Shown one piece after another: positions 34,513 to 45,444 of a DNA stretch of 64,000 bases (the first letter of the stretch is position 1; each line of letters begins with the position of its first letter). Made by a program: the position numbers and the translations under genes. The stretch is taken from the NCBI GenBank assembly GCA_964019335.1, contig OZ025683.1, forward strand, positions 124,001 through 188,000, written 5' to 3'. Under the pieces are notes generated by a model. That model made no database searches. It was not told the DNA's origin and was given only the letters and a program-made list of their open reading frames with translations. Source of the DNA: Diplonema japonicum. Taxonomy: Eukaryota > Protista > Euglenozoa: Diplonemea.

Positions 34513-35349
34513 ATGTCAATTTTGTACGACCTAAAATACTTCATAACCCAACTGAAGCCTCTCTGGAGCGGGTCTGAAAAGTACACCTTTGACTGGAACG
34601 CTGAAAAGATCACCTGCCGCCCAGATCTAACTGTCGGAACCTACAATGTAAACTACGGGCTCTCGAGCTACGTCTCTGCTCGCGACAAAGTAGTCTGCGC
34701 TCTGAAGCAGATGGACACCGACTTCATCCTACTCCAAGAGGTGAATAAAGAGTGGACTGAGGTCCTTCGCCACGGTGTAGGAAACCTCTACCCACACATG
34801 GTATTTTGCGAAACTGGAATGGAGTCCAGTGGGATGGGTATTATCGGAAAGTACCCGTTTGACAGCCGCGTCGTGGACACCAACAAGGCGGTGGAAGGCA
34901 GTTGTTTTCAAACATTAATCGCGACAACTACAGTAAAGGATGTCACACTGTGCTTGGTCAACGTGCACCTTCGGCCTCCGGTCAACCCAACAGCTTCGTT
35001 AACATCACCCTCGGGTACTGATGCTTTCAGGTTGAACGAGGTTCGTTACATTACATCACATTTAGATCTCTCCCTCCCTACTGTTATCGCGGGTGATTTT
35101 AATGAGCAGGAAGCCGCGCCAGCAAGCATTTTGCTGAGCAAGACGTTTTCAGCTTCTTCAGGGAGTCTGATCCCCACCTGCAAGGAGACGCATAGATGGC
35201 CGTTTGCTGGGACAGTGTTGATGAAAAGACTGGACCACATTTTGGGCAGAAATATCGCGATGAAGACGGCTGGTGTGATAACCGGTTTTGAAAATGTGTC
35301 GGACCACCAACCGGTGGTTGCCGCGTTCATCTTCGACAGGGCAGAGTAA
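34513..35349 (+). CDS. Endonuclease/exonuclease/phosphatase (EEP) family protein
   Basis: Motifs TYNV, DFILLQEV, NVHL, IAGDFN, RLDHIL and SDHQPV. Confidence 0.92.
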   Translation: MSILYDLKYFITQLKPLWSGSEKYTFDWNAEKITCRPDLTVGTYNVNYGLSSYVSARDKVVCALKQMDTDFILLQEVNKEWTEVLRHGVGNLYPHMVFCETGMESSGMGIIGKYPFDSRVVDTNKAVEGSCFQTLIATTTVKDVTLCLVNVHLRPPVNPTASLTSPSGTDAFRLNEVRYITSHLDLSLPTVIAGDFNEQEAAPASILLSKTFSASSGSLIPTCKETHRWPFAGTVLMKRLDHILGRNIAMKTAGVITGFENVSDHQPVVAAFIFDRAE

Positions 35350-35565
35350 AAAAAAAAAAAAAAAAAAAAACGTTTTCTTTTTTTTTTTTTTTTCTTTTTT
35401 CTTTTTTTTCTTTTGTTCCTAACCACACTCACCTCTCTGTCTATCCTGAGATCCTTTTCACTCCTTTTTTTTTTTCTTTTTTTTTTTCCCCCAGTTGTAT
35501 CCCTAATAATCAGAAAAAAAAAAAAAAAAAAAAATAACAACACAGGCCCACAAAAACCCAAATGA

Positions 35566-36066
35566 ATGGACACTACAGATTGGATTGATGCTGAGATCAT
35601 CTACCCGGTTTCACTGAGCGGTCTGAATGTAACAAATGTGGGGGTTTCTCTGGAGGCGTATTCAAAAGTGATTGTAAAGAGGTTGGAGTTGCTGTCGGAG
35701 GGAACGACGAGGGTGACCTTTGGATGCTCTCGGGAAGGTATTGATGTCCTAAATCAGAACCTCGGGGCGCTGGGGGCGCAGGTCGGGACAAGCATTGTCC
35801 ACGCACCCAGAAATTTATGCGGTGTACCTGTTTTCAGCGTTGCGTCCCTTGTTGTTGTCGTCATTATACTGTTTTCGGCAATCATTATAATTTTTTGTAC
35901 AATTGCCTTTTGCCGAAGGGAAGCAGCGACGGATACCTGGCAAGCTAGCCCCAACCCCTCTATCACTCCTATTGAGCTTTTCCCCGAACGCGTGATAATC
36001 GACAGTACAACTGAGCCGGAGGAAGCGGATCTGCCGGGGGCTTTACCCACATACCAAAAAAACTGA
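35566..36066 (+). CDS. Single-TM hypothetical protein
   Basis: ORF with a long hydrophobic segment VASLVVVVIILFSAIIIIFC. Confidence 0.6.
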   Translation: MDTTDWIDAEIIYPVSLSGLNVTNVGVSLEAYSKVIVKRLELLSEGTTRVTFGCSREGIDVLNQNLGALGAQVGTSIVHAPRNLCGVPVFSVASLVVVVIILFSAIIIIFCTIAFCRREAATDTWQASPNPSITPIELFPERVIIDSTTEPEEADLPGALPTYQKN

Positions 36067-36258
36067 ATGCGGGTTCCGAAGTGCGATGCGCAAACAAAAA
36101 AAAAAAAAAAAAAAAAAAAATCAGCTGTTATTTGGTAGGAAAAAAAACGGAAACGTTTCCGTTTCTTTTAATTTTTTCAAAAAAAAAAAAAAAAAGAGGA
36201 ACTGGCCGTTGTTTGTACGTGACGGGTAAAACCTGGATTGAGGGCTTTACCCACATAC

Positions 36259-36291
<33 letters not shown>

Positions 36292-36329
36292 GAATGCGGG
36301 TTCCGAGGTGCGATGCGCAAACAAAAAAA
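36038..36329 (+). repeat. Direct duplication of the 3' end of the upstream gene (copies ~36038-36120 and ~36242-36329)
   Basis: gggctttacccacatacc-A(n)-ctgaatgcgggttccgaRgtgcgatgcgcaaac-A(n) occurs twice. Confidence 0.9.
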
Positions 36330-37437
36330 GGGGGGGGGGGAAGATTGGAAACGCGTTAACCCTGTCAACACCGCCACTCTCCTCCCCCCCTCTTGTCTGC
36401 GATTTTTTTTTTTTTTTTTTTTTATAAATGTGTGATTTTATGTGTTCGTACCATCTATAATCTGGTTCGATATGTGTGTATCCTCTTTTTTTTTTTGTCT
36501 CGTTTTTTTTTTTCTCTTTTTTTTTTTGCTTAAATATCTCGCTTCAACTCTAGAAAGGACAAATGCACCCCCCGTCCCCCTTTTTTCCCATTTTTTCTTG
36601 TTCATCAACGTTCTTGTAATTACCTTGTAATTATAAAAGAAACGGGGGGGGGGGGGGGGGGTAATTGCTTTTGTTGAGCTAAGAATGCCAAATGCCGCGT
36701 AGTTTACAAAAACAATTTAGTTCAAAAAGAACACATAATAATGCAGAGCACAAGAAATACGCCCCATTTTTCTTTTGGGGAGAGTGCTACAAAATTTTCC
36801 AATCCCCCCCCCCCCCCCCCCCCCCTCGAGATATCAGGCTTTATTGGACAAGGAGGGGAAACACATTCAATGGTAAAAGTTGAAAGTAAATATCTCTGTT
36901 AAATAGTTTCCCACCCCTTTTTTATTACGGTTTTTTTTACTTCCTTTTTATTCCCTTTCTTTTTCGCTCCGTTGTTAAAAGAAAAATAGAGAGATACCAC
37001 AAAAAAAAAAGAAAAACGAGATTCCCACTTTTAAAAATCTCTGTGTGAAGACCATTAGGACAGGTCAAAAAAAAAGAGGAATAGGAGAAGCATTTCCGTT
37101 CCTTTTCAACCTTTCCTCTAAGGACGCCCAGGGGTTAAATAAAATTCTTTGAAAAGAAAAAAAAAAAAAGACTGTGCATACACTCTCACTCACTTCCTTG
37201 AGAAAAAAAATCCCCCTTCCCCCCCTGTTATTTTTTTTTTTGGAAAAAAGAAAAAAAGAAACAAAAAAAGAAGGGTCCCCTCCCTCTTTTTTTGCTATAA
37301 ATATAGTTCCCACCCCCCACCCCCCCCCCCCCCCCCACCACTTTTTTATTTACTCATTTAGTTATTTAGGTATTTTGGTGTTTTTTTAATTCCACCCCCG
37401 TCACTACACATTATTGGAAGGCAACAACAAAAAAAAA

Positions 37438-38112
37438 ATGTCTGCTTTTAGAAGCACATTTGTGTCGAAAGGCCGTACTAAACGACCGGCACTTCGTGTG
37501 CAGAAGGAAAAAAAACCAACAAAGTTTATATTGAATATCAACAAGGGGAGAGACATTGGAGATGGGAGGGTCTGGAGGGGTGCAAGACACTTGCAAGACG
37601 ACGATAGTGAAGAAGAGCGAAACAGAATAAAACAACAACCACCCCCCGCACCCAAAGCACCCGATCAATCCGGAAACAGGAAGCAGCGCAGGGAGGACGA
37701 GAGAAAAAAAATCAGACGCGCAGAGCTCGAGGAAGAGCTGGGGCCGTACTGGAGGGGGATCGCTGCGGAGAAACGAATGACATCAGAGGAGAGAGAGTCT
37801 CTAGTTGACCAGAGACGGGAACTGCAAGGAGGATGGATGAAATACAATTACCTCACCACCCACCCAAGCTGGCAATCTTCCAAAACACACCGACGCAGAG
37901 AAACGATGCTCCTCAAAGCACACGGCATCAAAATATTTGATGACGCGCTGACCACACAAGAACCAGAGACAATGGACACAGACGGAGAAGAGGAAGAGGA
38001 GGAGGAAGAGGAAAAACAAGAAAACACGGAAAGCGACGACGACGACGACGAACCAATCCTCTACCCCTCCTTCGAACCCAAGAGGGCCTCCGTGATATAC
38101 CGGGATTATTGA
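37438..38112 (+). CDS. Basic/acidic hypothetical protein
   Basis: ATG after an A-run; 224-aa ORF with K/R-rich N-terminus and acidic C-terminus. Confidence 0.65.
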   Translation: MSAFRSTFVSKGRTKRPALRVQKEKKPTKFILNINKGRDIGDGRVWRGARHLQDDDSEEERNRIKQQPPPAPKAPDQSGNRKQRREDERKKIRRAELEEELGPYWRGIAAEKRMTSEERESLVDQRRELQGGWMKYNYLTTHPSWQSSKTHRRRETMLLKAHGIKIFDDALTTQEPETMDTDGEEEEEEEEEKQENTESDDDDDEPILYPSFEPKRASVIYRDY

Positions 38113-38202
38113 ATTAAAAAAAAAAAACAATTTTTTTTCTTTTTTTTTTTTTAAATTTAGTTACCCCCTATTCAAAAAAAAAAAAAAAGGAGGGGGAAGA
38201 AC

Positions 38203-40755
38203 ATGGCGGTTCTCGACCCTTGGTTGTCGATGTGGGAACCTGTAAAGCAAGACAGCGGGGAAGGGTTCGAGGTACCGGGGTACGAACAGATTCAATCCAT
38301 TGCCAAGGCGTGCAAAGCGGGCGACAATAATGCGATCAACAATTTCACGGTGGACCCCGTGCTGCCCATGCAGAACACAACACTTCAACAAGATGCACCC
38401 CCACAACAGCAATCGTACCTACGAGCCGCGATGACAAAGGAAGACACCGCTGCCTATCGTTCCAAGATAACAAACGCCGACAAATTCTGGTCGGACACCG
38501 TCACAGACAGCTTTGTAAGCGTGAACTTAGACAAGAAGGAATGGACACCAGCACCTGCCAACGATTCACAACCAGAAACAACAACACTGCATCGTACTGT
38601 TGAAGGGAGGGTCACAGGACGGTGTCTTGACATGAAGCTGCACACGCACAGCTTACAAAAAGATCTCGGGCTGCTGTTGGGCGATTACATAGAATACTCC
38701 ATCGACCACAACACAGCACAGGTTGTAAAACCTTCTTCTCTTCGATCGGAGCTCCATCCATGCAAGCTGTGGAACACCAAGGAGCTGCAGTTCGCCTCAA
38801 CGGTCGACATCAACAACGTCAGGGCAGCCATCGAGGAAGACCACCCTGGAAGCGTTGCAGAGTGCATTGTTAGCAAATCCATCATAAAGCTCCACTCCCC
38901 CCTCCACGCCTCCAGGTACCTGCTTGGAAAGCTTCACGTCAAAGGCTACGACCCCCCATCATACCCGACAAAAAACTCTTACACGTTAGTACCGCATGAC
39001 GATAGTGTTCCCTTCATTCAGGTTACCTCTGCGTCCTTGGGAACACCAGACCCGGCTACAACGTACTATGCGAAATTGACTGAACATAAACATGGTAGAT
39101 GGCACGGTGTGGTGGAGCAGGCGAGAAAAGACGTGTCCGTTCCCGCTGGGATCAGGGAGGTCTCGTGCATGAAGGAACCCGCTCCGATAGAAAGCTTTCC
39201 CGTTGGCGGGGGAACTGGTTCCGGGTACAGGCTGGACCTGACGGAACACTGTTTTGTCTTCAGCATCGACAGGAAAGGAACGCTTCTTTACGACGACGCG
39301 TTCACCGTGAAGAAAACACTCAACAAAGACGGCGGAACGGAGTACATAGTTATGGTTCACATCGCAGACCCCTCAGAGCTGGTGGAGGAGGGCTCCGACA
39401 TAGATGTCTATGCGGAAGCGAAATCCTGCGATGTATTCCTCCCGGATGTCAAAAACGGCGGCGAATCCATGGGCATGGTGGACAGAATGCTGCCCGACGA
39501 AATCACCTCACGCTGCTCCCTCTCCGAAGGCGTCCCTCGACACGCGTTAACAGTGCTCCTTCGAATCGGTCAAAACGGCGATGTTCTGTTCACCGATCTT
39601 CTTAAAACAACAATTTCAAACGCGTGCTGCCTGTACATGACCGACGACATGACTTGGCGTGACTTTGTGAACCAACAGATCTCCGATCACAACAGGGTAC
39701 CTTTACCTCCTGTGGTTGCGCATGCTAACGTCCTCCATGAGGCCTATCTTGCTGCTTCGTCGAAGACCATGTTCCTGGAGGAAAAAACACAAGGTAGAGA
39801 GGGGCCTTCCGCAGTGGTGCAGTATTTCATGATCGCAGCGAAGCGGATTGCTGCAGACACGCTTTCTAAAAAAGTACCCGGGATCGTGTATTATGTGGTG
39901 AACAAACCACCTGATTTCAAATCCTCCGAACTAACTACAAAAATGAAAAATGTCGAGCGTGCTGTGGACAGGCTGACAGGCTTCACCACAAAACTCGACT
40001 TCACCTCCGAAACCAAACTCTGCGCCTCGTTGGAAAAGCTGAAACAAACCGTTACCAACCGTGTCTCATATCTAGGTATACTCAGATACCTCAACATGGA
40101 ACTGAGCAAACGGTTCAACAAAGAAAGCTACACATCTCCGACAGAAGATGGTTGGCCGGTTGCTGTTGAGATACCCTTTACATCGCCTTTGAGAAAATAC
40201 ACCGATTTACAAGTTGTTCGAATGTTGTCTACCGGGAAGGGTGAGAATTGCACCGTTGACGGGATGGTAGTAATCGACGAGAAAGGTCAACGGAAAAGAA
40301 GGCTCGCCAGAAAGTTAAAACGGTTTCATTTTGCGTTCGGGCTGTTTTACCGAGGTGCTCCAAAGCGAAGCATCTTACCGTGTAGGAACAGGTGTGTTAT
40401 GCTAACGTTGAGCTCCCGTGGTGACAAGATGCGGATTGCCATTTTCGATGCGGTCACAGAGGACGTCTTCCATGTCAACATTAATGAGGTTTCGGCGTTT
40501 GCTAGCCACCGTGTCGATCCCACTGGAACCGCTTATGTGGTGTGGAGCGGTGGTCCTGCGTCGGAAGAAGAAGAGCTGATACCTTTCGTCACAGAGTTCT
40601 CTGCCGTTTTATTCTCCGAAACCGGCCAGCAGATTGCAGACTTTAAAACGGATCGTAAAATCCTCAGGAGGTCCGAGGAGGCCTCTTACCCACCCCTCCC
40701 TCTCCAGCTTGGAACGGACTCGCCTGTTGACTGGATTCCTCATTGCCCATTTTAG
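38203..40755 (+). CDS. RNB-domain (RNase II/R, Dis3-like) protein, divergent
   Basis: Motifs RLDL, FSIDRKGTLLYDDAF, VHIADP, MLP..CSL and FTSPLRKYTDL. Confidence 0.85.
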   Translation: MAVLDPWLSMWEPVKQDSGEGFEVPGYEQIQSIAKACKAGDNNAINNFTVDPVLPMQNTTLQQDAPPQQQSYLRAAMTKEDTAAYRSKITNADKFWSDTVTDSFVSVNLDKKEWTPAPANDSQPETTTLHRTVEGRVTGRCLDMKLHTHSLQKDLGLLLGDYIEYSIDHNTAQVVKPSSLRSELHPCKLWNTKELQFASTVDINNVRAAIEEDHPGSVAECIVSKSIIKLHSPLHASRYLLGKLHVKGYDPPSYPTKNSYTLVPHDDSVPFIQVTSASLGTPDPATTYYAKLTEHKHGRWHGVVEQARKDVSVPAGIREVSCMKEPAPIESFPVGGGTGSGYRLDLTEHCFVFSIDRKGTLLYDDAFTVKKTLNKDGGTEYIVMVHIADPSELVEEGSDIDVYAEAKSCDVFLPDVKNGGESMGMVDRMLPDEITSRCSLSEGVPRHALTVLLRIGQNGDVLFTDLLKTTISNACCLYMTDDMTWRDFVNQQISDHNRVPLPPVVAHANVLHEAYLAASSKTMFLEEKTQGREGPSAVVQYFMIAAKRIAADTLSKKVPGIVYYVVNKPPDFKSSELTTKMKNVERAVDRLTGFTTKLDFTSETKLCASLEKLKQTVTNRVSYLGILRYLNMELSKRFNKESYTSPTEDGWPVAVEIPFTSPLRKYTDLQVVRMLSTGKGENCTVDGMVVIDEKGQRKRRLARKLKRFHFAFGLFYRGAPKRSILPCRNRCVMLTLSSRGDKMRIAIFDAVTEDVFHVNINEVSAFASHRVDPTGTAYVVWSGGPASEEEELIPFVTEFSAVLFSETGQQIADFKTDRKILRRSEEASYPPLPLQLGTDSPVDWIPHCPF

Positions 40756-40790
40756 GAAGGGGGAAAGTGTTTGGAAAAAATTTTTTTTTT

Positions 40791-40826
<36 letters not shown>

Positions 40827-40873
40827 TTATGTTTCATTAAGAGATATCCAGGCTGGAGAAGAAAAAAAAAAAA

Positions 40874-41328
40874 ATGGACCCCGGATGGTTGATTCTTTGT
40901 TTGTTCATGTATGTAAAAAATCGATTTTTGAAAAAAAAAATTTTAAAAAAAAAATTGCAGGATTGCTGAGGTGTTCTTAGTCGGTGTGTTGATTCTTCCG
41001 ATGCCGTCCAACTCTGTGAGGGGGATGGTGATCGACGGATTCCGTAAGATTTGGAAGAAATACCCTAACATAAGGTCGGGGGCTGCGCTGGTGATGTTCT
41101 TGAACATTTGGTACTTTTGGTCAGCACTGAACTTTATCTACTCCGACGACGCGTACAAAACTGAGAACAGGCAGGTTTTGCTGCGCCTGTTCAGGGAGGA
41201 GCGCAATGCCTACCTCACCGGTTTTGGGATTTTCAACTTCCTGGTGTTGTACAGGCTGCTGGACCTTCATACCCAGCTCCACGACGCCAGAAACTTCCAG
41301 AAGAAGGAACAGGCTTTGAAGAAGGAGT

Positions 41329-41330
<2 letters not shown>
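40874..41330 (+). CDS. BAP29/BAP31-family ER membrane protein; intron 40909-40960
   Basis: Spliced MDPGWLILCLFMIAEVFLVGVLILPMP; LFREERNAYLTGF motif; C-terminal KKE ER-retrieval signal. Confidence 0.85.
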
Positions 41331-41359
<29 letters not shown>

Positions 41360-41809
41360 CTTTTTTTTTTTTGGTTAAGACGAAATGGAAGCGCAAGATT
41401 AGTTTTCTCTCTTGATTCTGCGTTCATCTGCCTATTTCATTGCCCCCTTCTTGATTAAGTTCGGGTTGGGATTCTGTAGCCTTGTGTGCTCTGTCTAAAA
41501 GTGGAAAGAGGTTTTTTTTTACCTCCTAACATAGTTATTGTCTCTCCTCAATTATGGGGGTTCTTTTTTTTTTTTTTTTTCTAACCCATTTTTTTCTTTT
41601 TTTCCATTCATTTTTTTTTCTTTAAAAATACCAAGTACGTTTTTCCTTTCCCCTCTCCCCCCCACCTCTTGTCCCTTATTTTTTTTTCAAACCTCAATTC
41701 TTGATTGCAGCTCGAGTGGGAGGCTCACCAAAGAGAAGAAAAAGTGAGGGAAAAAAAAGAGGGGGGGGGACGAGCAAACTTTTTGTTTACCTTTACCTTT
41801 CGCCTGAAC

Positions 41810-41849
<40 letters not shown>

Positions 41850-41850
<1 letters not shown>

Positions 41851-43599
41851 CCATAAAGAACCGCTATTTTTCGTCCAAAAAGTCGATTTTGAACTTTTCG
41901 TTCAAACACCAAAATAAAATGGCGAGGGTGGAGTTAGAGGGTGTGTACCTATATTATTTTCACTACCCCATTTTCTGGAGCGCGAAGCGGCCTGCATTTC
42001 AGCCCCAGACGCGCCCAAACTTTGGTGGTAGAGCAGCATTTGAGAGAAACAACTCTTGCAAAGGGCACATGCTATCCGGAGGTTCCATGGTTTCAGCAAG
42101 CAGCGCTTATTCAGCGTGCAGGGTGGGCTGGTTATTTTTTTTTCACCACTTATGGCCGTTCTTTGAACGCAAGTCTGAGGTGCCGCAGATATGCGACTTG
42201 TCCAATTTAAACGTATTTCTATTTTCAAGTGGTTTTCAAGAGGTTTTCAGGTGGTTTTTTAAGTGTTGTTGGTGTGAAAAAATTCGAAACAGGGCACAGG
42301 GCACATTGCTACGTTGCAATCTCTGCACGAGAACATGGCCTGGGTGCGTTTTTTCTCTAATTTGTTGCACACAGTGCAATTCCGTGCCTTTTGCATCTTT
42401 TCAGGACACATTGAAGGTGCACCCTTGGTACGTGAAGGTGCACCCTGAGGGGTAGGTATCTTAGGCTCCGGCGGGGAACACTTGATGTGGGTGCCACCCT
42501 TTTGCGATGATGTTGTTTGACAAGATTTCTTTGCCACACACTTGCTGACACTGAATGGGTATTCTGGGAGCAATTTCCGGGTTTTCCTGATGGTCCCCAT
42601 GCAGTGGAAATCCGCATTGTAAATCCGTATCAACAATGGGACAAGCGAAAGCAGTTGTCAAAGACAATCCAGTAATTCTGGTGCTGATATTCGGTGAGCA
42701 GCTCTGCCTCTTTCCCCCGGGTGCCCGCGCCGGTACAAACAATCATGTTTAGAGTGTAACCGGTGTCTGATTTGCATTTTGAACCCATAACGCTTCCTCT
42801 TCTTCGGCTCACAAACAATGAACCCGACACGGCTTCTACAGCGTATGGTTCATCCACAGCAAGGTTTCGCTTGGGTACATACAGGGATGACCAAGAAGGA
42901 ACCACAAGATTTATAAGATTGCGCCCTTTAGCCATTCTGTCTCCTTCTCCTCCACCAGGGGGCAACCCAAACCGCATTTGGCGCATTATTCTTAGGAGCC
43001 TGTTTCTTTCCATTACCGTTCTGAAATATTGTGAATATGGGGAATCTGTGAGTTCGTCCTGTGCCCAGTAGACCTTGATATCTGTCTTGATTATGAGCCC
43101 TGTAAGTATCCAAAGGCCTCTATACCACTCGAATGGCTTGCTGCCCACCCCACGATAGCCTTTTAGAGCCGCAGGAGTGAAAAACAACTCAAAGTACAGG
43201 ACAAACCCCCTGCTGGAGGGGCGCCCTATCAAAAACAAAGGAAAAACCTCCAGCCCGTTGAGACCCACTACTGCGAAATATTTTCCTCCCCACCTTCTCG
43301 ATTTTGTCATCCCATTCCATATCCGGGATATCCCCATCATCCGGTGCACTGACCCTTCTTCAGAAGTACTTTCGGTACAACTCCTTATGGGGTGTAAAAA
43401 AAACAATGTCTGTGCCACTATTTTTTTTCTCCCCTTGCAGTTTGGATACAAAAATTTACGGGCGACATAGTGTTCAGTATAAAAAAAAGTCGCGCAATAA
43501 GGCCCCTCTTTAAAGAGTGGGCATGCAGAGCACTAAAAATGCCTTAGCAGAATTTAAAAAAATTTTTTAGCTGAATATTCAGCTCCGGTCCTTTATGGG
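41850..43599 (-). mobile_element. Decayed piggyBac (PGBD4-like) DNA transposon
   Basis: 14-bp TIRs CCCATAAAGAACCG / CGGTCCTTTATGGG (one mismatch), flanked by TAAA and TTAA; transposase fragments inside. Confidence 0.92.
42259..43451 (-). pseudogene. Frameshifted, internally deleted piggyBac transposase
   Basis: Fragments YW..FRTVMERNR, YVPKRNLAVDE, DTGYTLN, FDN, GTIRK and the Cys-rich C-terminus RNCTVC..CRDCNVAMCPVPCFEFFH lie in different frames. The third catalytic Asp region was not seen. Confidence 0.85.
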
Positions 43600-43657
43600 T
43601 TAATATAAAAATATTCTATGCAAAAAAAAAAAAAGGAGGGGGGAGTAACAACACACA

Positions 43658-44305
43658 ATGCGGCGCACCTCAGCCTTGTTCTTCAACCCCAAAGGTTTCT
43701 ATGCAAACGGCATGAGACCCCTGAACCCGGGGATGAAAATCAACTTGGCCCCGAAATCGATGCAGTCTTCCATTGCTTCACCCGTATCTAATATGCCCTT
43801 TGATGACGAAGTGCTGGTGTCTCCTGAAATCATATCCAGCCGACTACTGAAATTTCCTATGATCATGAAGGGCTTCTACGGAAGGCGAACAAAGCACAAA
43901 CAAGCAATGCGGAAGTGGTCATATTGGGTAATGGCCAAGACATCTGCCTACAGGTGGCTTCGCAAGGAGGAGCAAGCACTTCAAAGCAGATCTAACATTT
44001 CCGCTGGTTTGGAACAACACGGATTACAATACAAGGCGTGGTCGCATAAGCGCACTAAGCAAAACCTCCATATTTCCCAGGAGATCACGCAGAAGCTGGC
44101 GCAAAACGAACCCCTCGCCTTCCGTTGCATGGCGGAGTTGCTTCGGTCAGACAACTACCTTGTTTACGAGAAAAATAAAGAGTACCTTGAAGAACGCAAA
44201 GCAGCCTCTGTCAAATCACAAGCCTTCTTCAACAGGCACGCCATTCAGAGCCCGGTACCCATGCGCAGAAGGCTGCCCGACCCGAGCTGGCGAGAAATTC
44301 CATAG
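43658..44305 (+). CDS. MRPL20: Mitochondrial ribosomal protein bL20m-like
   Basis: KGFYGR..I.AGLEQHGLQY..LAQNEPLAF matches the L20 pattern; presequence-like N-terminus MRRTSALF. Confidence 0.75.
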   Translation: MRRTSALFFNPKGFYANGMRPLNPGMKINLAPKSMQSSIASPVSNMPFDDEVLVSPEIISSRLLKFPMIMKGFYGRRTKHKQAMRKWSYWVMAKTSAYRWLRKEEQALQSRSNISAGLEQHGLQYKAWSHKRTKQNLHISQEITQKLAQNEPLAFRCMAELLRSDNYLVYEKNKEYLEERKAASVKSQAFFNRHAIQSPVPMRRRLPDPSWREIP

Positions 44306-44574
44306 TATGTTTTTTCTTTTTTTTTTTTTTTGAAAGGAAAAAAAAAAAAAAAAAAAAAAAAATATTCCAACAGCTACCAAGGCCGTATGTCTGACAAAAA
44401 CTTCCACCCGCAACATCCTATTTTCCTGGTCGACTGGAAGATTTAGTATAAAGAAAGATTCGTTATTATAGTGTTTTTTGGTTTTTTTTTTTTCTCTTTT
44501 TTTTTTTTTCCCCATTCTTTCTCTTCTTCTCCTCTTCCAAGAAATAAAAGAGGGGTAATAATAATAAAAAAAAA

Positions 44575-45266
44575 ATGGTTAAGGCTGTTCCACTTAAAAG
44601 CACGATAACGGATTGGAAGGATGAACGGGTGGTACTAGGGGAGGAAGACTTGGAACAGGCGGTGGGGAAAATTTTCGAGCTGATCGAGCTGACGGAGCAA
44701 GGGAAGAAGGAGGAAAAGGAAGCGGTTAAGGAGGAGATTCGAAGTGGGATGGACAAACTGAAAGAAGTGGATTTAGGAAGGGCCCTGCTGCTGGCAGCAA
44801 AACTCGACAAAACAGAGAACGAGGTCACGGCGTCAATGGAAGAGAGCGAAGGTGCAATGGAAGCAGTGCGCAAAAGTCTCGAATTGCAAAAAGAAAAACT
44901 GGCTACTTGCGATGCGGAGTGGGAGGAGGTCGGGACGCTCCCAAAGCTGCTGGTGAAGCTTGACGATTTGGCCGATCTATCGACCTGGAAGAGGAAAATA
45001 GACAAGGCAGCAACCCAGAGGAACGACATCGCTGCACAAGCTCAACAAGCCTCCGCACAGGTCGCGGAGCTGCGCACCACTTTCCACTACCTCCTCAACA
45101 AAGTCGCGTACATCAGCTCAACAGCTGAGAGACTGGTATGGATTTTTTAAAGGGGACGGGAAGGGAAAAAAAAAAAAAAAAAAAAAAAAAAACCCTCCTT
45201 CAGTCGACATCCGACAGCCGAAAACGGCGCCGAGAGGAACCTCCTTCAGGACCTTCGAAAAAATAG
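44575..45266 (+). CDS. Coiled-coil hypothetical protein; intron 45136-45203
   Basis: Heptad-rich ORF. Splicing adds a last exon with RKRRR ending in TAG at 45266. Confidence 0.65.
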
Positions 45267-45444
45267 CGGAGTTCTTTTTTTTTTGTTTTGTGTTTTTTTT
45301 TTTTTTTTTTTTCCGTTTTTTTTTTCCCTTCTATTCAGTGTAGTCTTATTTTTTTTTTCCAGGGTTTAAAAAGAAAAGTAGAGGCGCAGCTTTCATTTAA
45401 AGCCGGAAAAAAAAAAAAGAAAAGAAGGGGAGAAGAAAAAAAAA

